Shown piece after piece: positions 5,473 through 12,096 of a DNA stretch of 12,096 nt (position 1 is the first letter of the stretch; every line of letters begins with the position of its first letter). A program made the translations under genes and the position numbers. Origin of the DNA: Candidatus Sulfobium sp. (GTDB lineage: Bacteria; Nitrospirota; Thermodesulfovibrionia; Thermodesulfovibrionales; UBA6898); the NCBI GenBank assembly GCA_037380845.1, contig JARRRI010000054.1, forward strand, positions 1 to 12,096. Reading direction: 5' to 3'. The notes beneath the pieces are model-generated. The model had not been told where the DNA came from and ran no database searches. It saw nothing but the letters and a program-made list of their open reading frames with translations.

Positions 5473-8040
5473 TCAATGGAGGATCAGGTTTTCGATCGTG
5501 ACCTCCCCGGCCGCTATGGTCAGAGAGCCCATAACCGATGTATACGAGGAGTTATCTGTAAAGTCAGAATTATATCCCCCGGACAGAGTGACAATAACAG
5601 GATTGCCGAAAGTCGGCGACTCGACAAAATCGATCGCCTGGACCCGGATGGTATCGCCGCTTGTTGCATGGTCGTATGCCGACTGTATCGTCGTATAATA
5701 CACACCCGGGCTGGATTCTATCTCCGCGGCCGTAGCGGCCACGACCGTCAGGGAGTAGCCCCGGCTGCCGGTGCAGCCGTTTGAGTCGGTGGCAGTGACC
5801 GTAAAAGAAAAACTGCCTGCCTGCAGGGGCGTGCCCGACAGCGTGTCCCCTGAAAGGGCTATTCCCTCCGGGAGCATACCCGTGATTCCAAAAGTATAGG
5901 GTGTTGCGCCTCCCTCTGCGGTGAAAGCCTGGCTGTAAGGAGACCCATAAGTCGCATCGGATAGTGACGCAGGGCTGATATTTATCACCGGGCAGGAGAA
6001 GACATCCAGTATTGCTGACACGCTGGTCGAGGCCTGGCCGTCAGGGTTGGTAACGGTGACGGAATAGGCCCCCCCGGCGGAGCCTGCAGTCGAGATGTTC
6101 AGGCTAAGGTGTGTGGGATCGATATAGGTAACACGGTTTACAATGATGCCATTGATCGTGGCGTCTATATGGTTGGCAAAACCCGCCCCGGGATCGAAGA
6201 AGCCCGAACCGTCTGCGGAAGTTCCCGTAATCTCGACATCAACCGACGGTTGGTCCGGGAGCACGGTGGAAGGTGAGGCCGAAACCGGCGTTGCCGGCGG
6301 GGGCGCCAGCAGTTTAACTACCTGTACGCCGTAGGAGTTTCTCGCGTTGCAGAACTCCTGTATGGTCCACATCGTCATGTCGTCGTCCGGGTCTAGGCTC
6401 GTGTAAGAATAATCCCCCCATCGATGGGGAAAGGAAAAATCAACGGGATTATATACAGTAGAGCTGCTGGTATACAGAAGCGGCGTTCCGGTTGTACCCG
6501 GTGCGTCGCCTGCCAGCCGTCCCACGGTGGCGGCATCCGCGTGATACGCGGCTCCCGCGGTACTGAAGCCCAGGGCGGCATGTCCCTGACCGGAAACCAT
6601 GATTGTCGGTATCCAGTAGAACCTGGGGTTCGAGGCCGCCTGGTCAAAGACCGTGCCGGACTGCTGTAAAGTGGGTGTACCTGTCAGGTTAGCAATCTCA
6701 TACCACCTCGAACCGTCCCGGTCTCCCGCCGGCGTTCCGGTGCCGGAGCTGTCTACGGCGATATTGTGAGCGGTCCAGAGGCTTCCGTCTCTGAGATGGG
6801 CCGCAAAGAGCCGGTCATCCAGCGCATCCAGCTTAGTGCCCGTCCCTGTTTGCGGGACAGCTATCGGAAAATAAGTGGTGGGTACCGTTATGGGAATGTT
6901 ACCGCTCAGGGAAGGCGTCGCAGCCGGATCGTTCACCCTCAGGAGTATGAGTTTGCCGAAGTTGGCGAAACTGACGCCGATGAAATAGCCCTGCGCGGCT
7001 GCAGGGTCGTAGTTGTCGACACCCTGAGGGGCAAAGGGCCCATCCGCACCTATAAGTGAACGGAAGGCGGTGACTACTATCGGACCCGCTCCGAGCACTG
7101 AACTCTTGCGGACCACGAACGCGGTCGTATTGCTGAAAGGACCGCTTGAATCAAAAACGTTTACCCCTATGTAGAGGGCATTGGCGTCGATGCCGAGCGT
7201 CGGATAATCTGCAAACATGTCCGTATCGGCGTTGGGCGTTGTCCCCACCAGGTCGTGCCGGAACTGGAAGAAGGTGAAGCCGGAACCGCCTGTTATGGTG
7301 CCGCCGCTGCTCACCGCGATCATGATACGGTTCGGCAGTGAGGCCGAGCCTCCCGGGACGTCGATCATGGTGATGAACCATTTCCCCGAAAGACGGTCAT
7401 AGCGGATGCGGGGGTCGGTAGTAAAATTCGAGGATACCGGAGGCGTCATCACGGATGCGAAGAAGGCGTCGGTACTGACATCGAGCACACCGTCAGCTAT
7501 GCCGGTAGTCTTGTCGAAGGAGCGGATCCTGCCGTTGACCTCGACAATATACTGGGTGGGTCCCGCCGCGCCCATCGAGTCCGGAGGATAGGCCAGGGTA
7601 TCTGCAAGTGTGGCCCCCGTAAAGTTGATGGTACCGATAATCTGGGGGGTAAAGGGCCTGACGGAAAATGAAGGGCTTTCTAACAGATGGCCGGGCGTCC
7701 CGGGTACGGGAGGCGATTCCGGATTCTGGGGGATGAACGGGCGGCCGGGTATCGTCCTGAAGGGAACAACTCTTTGAACGGGAGGACCGAATGTACGCAT
7801 CAAAGCCTCGCGCTTCATTATCTCATGGACCGTCTCCGGGATGCCGGGCTCTCCCTGCCAGGGCGCTCCGGTTATCCGGCCCGCAGAAGGCGATGCGGCG
7901 TTGTCCTGATCCGAGGCGAGCACAGGCCCGGAGCACAAAAGCACGGCCAGCACGCACGCCAGAAGCCCGGCCATCCCGAACAAAAAGCGGGACTCATGGT
8001 CCGTCCGGGTGTACGATACGTCTGCAACTTTCCAGCCCAA
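5473..8040 (-). CDS. Large secreted multidomain protein: signal peptide, uncharacterised beta-rich domain, IPT/TIG-like domain, putative Ig (He_PIG-like) domain, C-terminal ~80-aa module
   Basis: Hydrophobic signal LLACVLAVLLCSGPVLA; motifs PPDSMGAAGP, DPRIRYD, FADYPTLGID, RWGDYS; IPT-like VEITG...YSVTVTNPDGQ; Ig repeat ISPASLSDATYGSPYSQAFTAEGGATPYTF...LPEG...LSGTP...FTVTATDSNG. Start is TTG 8040 or ATG 7974. Confidence 0.85.
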   Translation of the reverse strand: MGWKVADVSYTRTDHESRFLFGMAGLLACVLAVLLCSGPVLASDQDNAASPSAGRITGAPWQGEPGIPETVHEIMKREALMRTFGPPVQRVVPFRTIPGRPFIPQNPESPPVPGTPGHLLESPSFSVRPFTPQIIGTINFTGATLADTLAYPPDSMGAAGPTQYIVEVNGRIRSFDKTTGIADGVLDVSTDAFFASVMTPPVSSNFTTDPRIRYDRLSGKWFITMIDVPGGSASLPNRIMIAVSSGGTITGGSGFTFFQFRHDLVGTTPNADTDMFADYPTLGIDANALYIGVNVFDSSGPFSNTTAFVVRKSSVLGAGPIVVTAFRSLIGADGPFAPQGVDNYDPAAAQGYFIGVSFANFGKLILLRVNDPAATPSLSGNIPITVPTTYFPIAVPQTGTGTKLDALDDRLFAAHLRDGSLWTAHNIAVDSSGTGTPAGDRDGSRWYEIANLTGTPTLQQSGTVFDQAASNPRFYWIPTIMVSGQGHAALGFSTAGAAYHADAATVGRLAGDAPGTTGTPLLYTSSSTVYNPVDFSFPHRWGDYSYTSLDPDDDMTMWTIQEFCNARNSYGVQVVKLLAPPPATPVSASPSTVLPDQPSVDVEITGTSADGSGFFDPGAGFANHIDATINGIIVNRVTYIDPTHLSLNISTAGSAGGAYSVTVTNPDGQASTSVSAILDVFSCPVINISPASLSDATYGSPYSQAFTAEGGATPYTFGITGMLPEGIALSGDTLSGTPLQAGSFSFTVTATDSNGCTGSRGYSLTVVAATAAEIESSPGVYYTTIQSAYDHATSGDTIRVQAIDFVESPTFGNPVIVTLSGGYNSDFTDNSSYTSVMGSLTIAAGEVTIENLILH

Positions 8041-8193
8041 CTTGCCCTTACCCCCTCGGCCCAGGTTTCTTTCGAGTGTGTCACACGCCTTCGGCGTTCC
8101 TTCAAGTAAATTATTGTATATTCCCCCCGTCCCTGCAACAGGAGACCGGTGCTGAGTCTCGCATCCGGCGGGTTCACCGCCCTCCTGCCCGTC

Positions 8194-8895
8194 TCAGCGG
8201 GCGGTGCCGTGTTTCCTTATCAGGTAGATCCCGTCGCGGACGGTAAGGAAAAGCTTTTCTGCGCGGCTGTCGGCGTTGACCACTTCATTGAACTCCGCCA
8301 CTGAGGCGCTTTCGTCATCCTTCGGGTCGAAGACCCTGCCGTACCACAGGACATTGTCGGCAAGTATCAAACCGCCGTTTCGTAAAATCCGCATCGCCTC
8401 CCTGTAATAGGCGGCGTAGTTCTGCTTGTCGGCGTCGATGAATACAAGGTCGGTCTCCGTATCCGGCAGGGTCCTGAGGATTTCCAGTGCCTCGCCGAGG
8501 CGCTGTTCTATCTTGTGGCCCGCGGCGCTCCGGTCGAAGAAGGCCTGTGCCGCAGCGGCGTGATCGGGGTTGTTGTCGATAGACAGAACGTGGCCTCCGT
8601 CAGGCAGAACCTCTGCCATGGCAAGGGCCGAATAGCCGGTGAAGGTGCCGATGTCGACGACCTCCCTCGCGCCCGCAAGTTGCACAGCCAACTGCAGGAA
8701 ACGCCCTTCGACCCGTCCGGTAAGCATATTTGGAAAGGGTGTCCTGGTCAGGGTATATTTTTCGACTTCCTCAAGGAGCGGCGACATGGGCGATGTATGT
8801 GCCAGCGCATACTCCTCCGCCTCTTTGGCCACCATGTCCATGTAGGAATATATGCTGTCTTGCCACTCTGCTTCCTGTGAGCGTTTTTGTTTCAC
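8194..8895 (-). CDS. Class I SAM-dependent O-methyltransferase (caffeoyl-CoA/catechol OMT family)
   Basis: VVDIGTFTGYSALAMA, DLVFIDADKQNY, GGLILADNVLWYG, TVRDGI. Start may be ATG 8841 rather than GTG 8895. Confidence 0.93.
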   Translation of the reverse strand: MKQKRSQEAEWQDSIYSYMDMVAKEAEEYALAHTSPMSPLLEEVEKYTLTRTPFPNMLTGRVEGRFLQLAVQLAGAREVVDIGTFTGYSALAMAEVLPDGGHVLSIDNNPDHAAAAQAFFDRSAAGHKIEQRLGEALEILRTLPDTETDLVFIDADKQNYAAYYREAMRILRNGGLILADNVLWYGRVFDPKDDESASVAEFNEVVNADSRAEKLFLTVRDGIYLIRKHGTAR

Positions 8896-8900
8896 TTCGC

Positions 8901-9497
8901 CTACTTTATTGCGTCGATAACTTCGCCGTTCATGGTGCCTTCAAGCGCCCTGAGATAAGCCTGAGCCACGACCTCAACGGGAGTTCCAATAGAAGGGTCC
9001 ATGTTGAGCGCCTTGAGTGTGTCTATCACCCAGTTGGGGCTTACGACATTTATCCTGATGCCGCGCGCCGTTTCCAGGGCCGCCGCCCTTCCGAAGCCTT
9101 CAAGCGCCGCGTTTACCAGGCTGATTGCAGAAGAACCCTTCATCGGCTTTCGGCTCAATATCCCGCTTGTCAGTGTGAACGAACCGTTGTCGTTTAAATG
9201 GTCCAGGCCCAGGCGCACCAGGTTGACCTGCCCCATGAGTTTGCTGTCAAGTCCGAGTGCAAAGTCATCGTCCGTAAGTGAAGCAATGGGACCGAACTTC
9301 GCAAGCCCCGCTGCACAGATTACGGCATCGGCCTTGCCCGTTGTTTGAAACATCTTCGTGATGGATGCCTTGTCAGAAATATCAACATTGATCGCACATT
9401 TGCTGAAACTGACCGGAATAACTTCGTGATGACTGCCGATTGCTCTGACCACGGCACTTCCTATGGTTCCTGTAGCACCGACGACTATGACTTTCAT
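8901..9497 (-). CDS. Short-chain dehydrogenase/reductase, short ~200-aa atypical subfamily
   Basis: VIVVGATGTIG Rossmann motif, DAVICAAG, SKLMGQVNLVR, GSFTLTSG, RINVVSP. No YxxxK. SD GGAGG upstream; 5 bp from the OMT gene, so probably one operon. Confidence 0.92.
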   Translation of the reverse strand: MKVIVVGATGTIGSAVVRAIGSHHEVIPVSFSKCAINVDISDKASITKMFQTTGKADAVICAAGLAKFGPIASLTDDDFALGLDSKLMGQVNLVRLGLDHLNDNGSFTLTSGILSRKPMKGSSAISLVNAALEGFGRAAALETARGIRINVVSPNWVIDTLKALNMDPSIGTPVEVVAQAYLRALEGTMNGEVIDAIK

Positions 9498-9545
9498 GGG
9501 TGTTGCCCTCCCCTGCAGCAGTTTTCTTAACGAGAGTCTTCATCC

Positions 9546-9554
9546 AGTATATCA
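9546..9554 (-). promoter_or_regulatory. Extended -10 promoter for the SDR-OMT operon
   Basis: Minus strand TGaTATACT about 50 bp upstream of the SDR ATG. Confidence 0.55.
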
Positions 9555-9731
9555 CCGGACTGCCGATCTACCAAGGGACCTCCAAAAAGAGCCTGTCCCC
9601 CGGCATCATAGAGGGCAGGTAAAAAAACGGTGTATACTTGTAAAAAGGAGCACCGCAATAAAAGCCCTTTTGACCGGACTAATGATCATGCGGCGCCATG
9701 GTGACAACAGGAGGATCAGGAAAATTTACTT

Positions 9732-10379
9732 ATGAATTCATTGAGAATAGAATGGCTTAATATAGGCCGTCCGGTTAAGGAAGTCTTCTTTGGCAAGGAG
9801 ATCATTACCGGCATATGCAAGAAGCCCGTAAAAGGGCCGGTGTATCTCGGGAAGACAGGATTCGAAGGTGACGGGGTCGGAGATCTGAAGCACCACGGCG
9901 GACCCGACAAGGCGGTATGCGTATATGGCGTCAACCATTATCCTTACTGGGAGGGGGTTCTGGGAATAGCCCTGTCCCCCGCCCCCTTCGGGGAAAACCT
10001 TTCCATTTCAGGCCTCGAAGAATCTGCGGTATGCATCGGGGACATCTTCGAAGCGGGAACCTCCGTCCTACAGATAAGCCAGCCCCGGCAGCCATGCTCG
10101 ACTCTGGCGGCAAGGTTCGGGCGGAACGATATGGTGAAACTCGTCGTGGAGTCAGGCAGGACCGGGTTCTATCTCAGGGTGCTGGAGGAAGGCGTCATGG
10201 AAGCCGGCGATGCCCTCATCCTCAGGGAGAGGCACCGCGACGGGATAACCGTGTCTTTTGCCAATCGGATCTACCATCATGACAAGGGAAACAGGGAGGG
10301 GATAGAGAAGGTCCTGGCCGTCGATGCCCTGTCGGATTCCTGGCGGGAATCCTTCCTCAAGCTGAAAGAGACCCTCTAG
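9732..10379 (+). CDS. yiiM: MOSC domain protein with C-terminal 3-alpha domain (YiiM-like)
   Basis: TGICKKPV, GFEGDGVGDLKHHGGPDKAVCVY, FGENL, CIGDIF, QISQPRQPC (conserved Cys), GRTGFYLRVLEEG, LSDSWR. Candidate -10 TATACT at 9633-9638. Confidence 0.92.
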   Translation: MNSLRIEWLNIGRPVKEVFFGKEIITGICKKPVKGPVYLGKTGFEGDGVGDLKHHGGPDKAVCVYGVNHYPYWEGVLGIALSPAPFGENLSISGLEESAVCIGDIFEAGTSVLQISQPRQPCSTLAARFGRNDMVKLVVESGRTGFYLRVLEEGVMEAGDALILRERHRDGITVSFANRIYHHDKGNREGIEKVLAVDALSDSWRESFLKLKETL

Positions 10380-10412
10380 AAGAGGACTTGCCGAAGCTGA
10401 TGCCACAGCCGA

Positions 10413-11393
10413 TCACTTCAGGTGGTATTCCACTACATCCCTGTCGTGAAGGACGTAATCCTTCTGCACCCGCTGTCCCCCGAACCTCGCGGATCCCCAC
10501 ACGCAGGTATATTTCAGGCTGCTTTCGAAATCCCTGTGGATCATCGCGGCAAGGTCCAGCACTGTCGAGCCCGCTGGAAGCACAAACGGCGCTGCCTTCT
10601 CCGGCTCCCTGCCGGGCTCCTTCGAATAGACCCTGATGATGCGGGAATTTTCGAAGATCGCCCTCCTCAACTCCTCGAGCCCCTCCTTCTTTTCCGATGA
10701 TACAGCGACCACGGGGAAAATGTCCTCATAGGCCGATAACAACTTCCGCAGCCCCTCCCGGGCAGCGGGGAGATCGGACTTGCCGGCGGCAATTAACGCG
10801 GGCTTGCACGACGGGCATTCCTCCTTCGAATCCGGCTTTTTCAGAAGGCCTATCCTCCATCTCTCCAGCTGTTCGAGCAGAAGCTCCGCCTGGATATCGG
10901 GGTCCTCCGCCAGGTCGACGACGAGCAGGAGCACATCCGCAACCCTCAGGACTCCCGAGACCCATCCGTCGGTCGACTCGTTGCCGATGGGGGGGAGATC
11001 GACAAGCTGAAACTGTATGTCTTCGAATGGCATCATGCCGGCAAGGGGCATTACCGTGGAGACGGGGTAATCGGCGATAACCGGGTTTGCGTTCGTCAGG
11101 GACCCGAGGAGGGCGGATTTCCCGGAGTTGGCGAAGCCGACGAGAGAAACCTGTGAGGCCCCTTGTTTGTCGACGGTATAGAGATCGCCCTTTCCGGATT
11201 TCTTTCTCCGGGCCGCTTCTTCGCGGAGCCTGGAAAGCTTTTTTCTCAGGTCGGCCCTGAGCTTGTCCGTGCCCTTGTGCTTCGGGACGGTCGCTATCAG
11301 TTCCTCCAGGGCGGCGACCTTCTCCTGCGGGGTGGCGGCCTCCTTGAACCGCTTCTCCGCTTCGAAGTATTCGGGCGGAAGATTGGCCGGCAT
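10413..11393 (-). CDS. OBG-family, DRG/Rbg-like GTPase with C-terminal TGS domain (326 aa)
   Basis: Start reassigned to ATG 11393 (MPANLPPEY). Helical N-terminus PKHKGTDKLRADLRKKLSRLREE; G1 GFANSGKS; G2 ADYPVST; G3 DLPP; G4 GKSD; G5 VSS; TGS IIRVYSK...GSTVLDLAAMIHRDF...VWGS...GQRV....VLHDRDVVE. Confidence 0.9.
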   Translation of the reverse strand: MPANLPPEYFEAEKRFKEAATPQEKVAALEELIATVPKHKGTDKLRADLRKKLSRLREEAARRKKSGKGDLYTVDKQGASQVSLVGFANSGKSALLGSLTNANPVIADYPVSTVMPLAGMMPFEDIQFQLVDLPPIGNESTDGWVSGVLRVADVLLLVVDLAEDPDIQAELLLEQLERWRIGLLKKPDSKEECPSCKPALIAAGKSDLPAAREGLRKLLSAYEDIFPVVAVSSEKKEGLEELRRAIFENSRIIRVYSKEPGREPEKAAPFVLPAGSTVLDLAAMIHRDFESSLKYTCVWGSARFGGQRVQKDYVLHDRDVVEYHLK

Positions 11394-11399
11394 AATTAG

Positions 11400-11437
11400 A
11401 ATATAGCACAAGTGTCCCGGCCGGCCGGTGTTAAAAT
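11400..11437. promoter_or_regulatory. Back-to-back extended -10 promoters
   Basis: Minus strand TGcTATATT (11408-11400) for the GTPase; plus strand TGtTAAAAT (11429-11437) for the phosphoesterase. Confidence 0.6.
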
Positions 11438-11472
11438 AATCGTGTAAGGCTGATTGGCCAGGGAGGAAATGA

Positions 11473-12096
11473 ATGTTCGGAACTGTCCTTATTCTCGCCG
11501 TTACTGTCATGCAGGCCTATGTATTCTGGCGTGCCGCCTCCATCCCCTTTCTCAGGCGGCGAGTCTCGCGGAAGATTCTGGCCGGGACGGGTCTTGTCCT
11601 CTGGGCGGTCTTTTTACTGGGCAGACTGGCCGGTCACGGCGGTCATAACTCCTTTTCAACTGTACTCGAATTAATCGGGATGGACTGGATGGCCGTGGTC
11701 TTCCTGGTCACTGTCTGCATGCTCGCCGCGGACGCTGTCACGGCTTTCGGCCTGCTCCTGCCGCGGCTGGCGCCTTCGCTTCGGGGACTTGCGCTTCTGG
11801 CCGGCATGTTGCTTTCCATCATCGCAGTCTTTCAGGGAATGCGGCCGCCGGTGGTCAGAAATTACGAGGTCACCCTTCCGGGGCTGCCTTCCGGAATGGA
11901 CGGAACGGTGATCGTCGCAATCTCGGACCTCCACGTCGGAACCCTGCCGGGGAAAAAGTGGCTGGAGTCCCGCATCGCCCAGGTGCAGTCCCAGCATCCC
12001 GACCTCATCGTCCTGCTGGGCGATATCTTTGAGGGGCATGGCCGGCCCCGGCCGGACCTCCTTCGGGACCTTCACCGCCTCTCGGCGCCCCTGGGC
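11473..12096 (+). CDS. Membrane-anchored metallophosphoesterase (YkuE/YaeI-like), 3'-truncated by the window edge; absent from the ORF track
   Basis: SD GGAGG then ATG 11473, open to the end. My translation gives about four hydrophobic helices (MFGTVLILAVTVMQAYVFW...), then IVAISDLHVG and PDLIVLLGDIFE calcineurin-like motifs. Confidence 0.92.
   Translation, partial: MFGTVLILAVTVMQAYVFWRAASIPFLRRRVSRKILAGTGLVLWAVFLLGRLAGHGGHNSFSTVLELIGMDWMAVVFLVTVCMLAADAVTAFGLLLPRLAPSLRGLALLAGMLLSIIAVFQGMRPPVVRNYEVTLPGLPSGMDGTVIVAISDLHVGTLPGKKWLESRIAQVQSQHPDLIVLLGDIFEGHGRPRPDLLRDLHRLSAPLG

Noticed and set aside
5820..5829. CCTGCAGGGG matching part of the tRNA 3' end (possible att duplication)
   Set aside because: Only 10 bp, inside an intact CDS, with no integrase; chance match.
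8041..8110. Cyclic-di-GMP (GEMM) riboswitch in the leader of the secreted protein
   Set aside because: A GAAA-containing segment is present but the GGCAAAC and GACGCAAAGC core elements are missing.
9498..9731. Moco riboswitch upstream of the MOSC gene
   Set aside because: Only a weak hairpin (AAAAGGAGC...GCCCTTTT) is visible; I cannot match the motif consensus by eye. An Rfam scan would settle it.
11394..11510. 39-aa N-terminal extension of the GTPase in the ORF track
   Set aside because: It overlaps the divergent promoters and the phosphoesterase start; the family-like sequence begins at MPANLPP.
328..12075. Many antisense or alternate-frame ORFs in the track (e.g. 990-1715, 1951-2775, 10726-11409, 11671-12075)
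   Set aside because: They overlap well-supported genes, show no recognisable motifs and are expected shadows in GC-rich coding DNA.

Overview
Bacterial chromosomal window, mostly housekeeping and accessory genes. Gene style suggests Nitrospirota/Thermodesulfovibrionia or a deltaproteobacteria-like anaerobe (inference only). It opens with the 3' end of a 23S rRNA that is not followed by 5S rRNA; an RpoD-type sigma-70 gene follows instead. Then come a LysM (TsaP-like) protein, a TIGR01212 radical SAM protein, a nitroreductase (apparent CTG start), a TIGR00725 LOG-family protein, tRNA-Arg(CCT), a large secreted Ig-domain protein, an O-methyltransferase, a short-chain dehydrogenase, a MOSC/YiiM protein, a DRG-like GTPase with TGS domain and a partial metallophosphoesterase. 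Three intergenic regions carry different REP-like palindromes. No transposase, integrase, CRISPR array or defence system is visible. I do not see a coherent new multi-gene system. The best leads are the 5S-less 23S-sigma junction, the DRG-like GTPase, the C-terminal module of the secreted protein, non-canonical translation starts and a nested palindrome.
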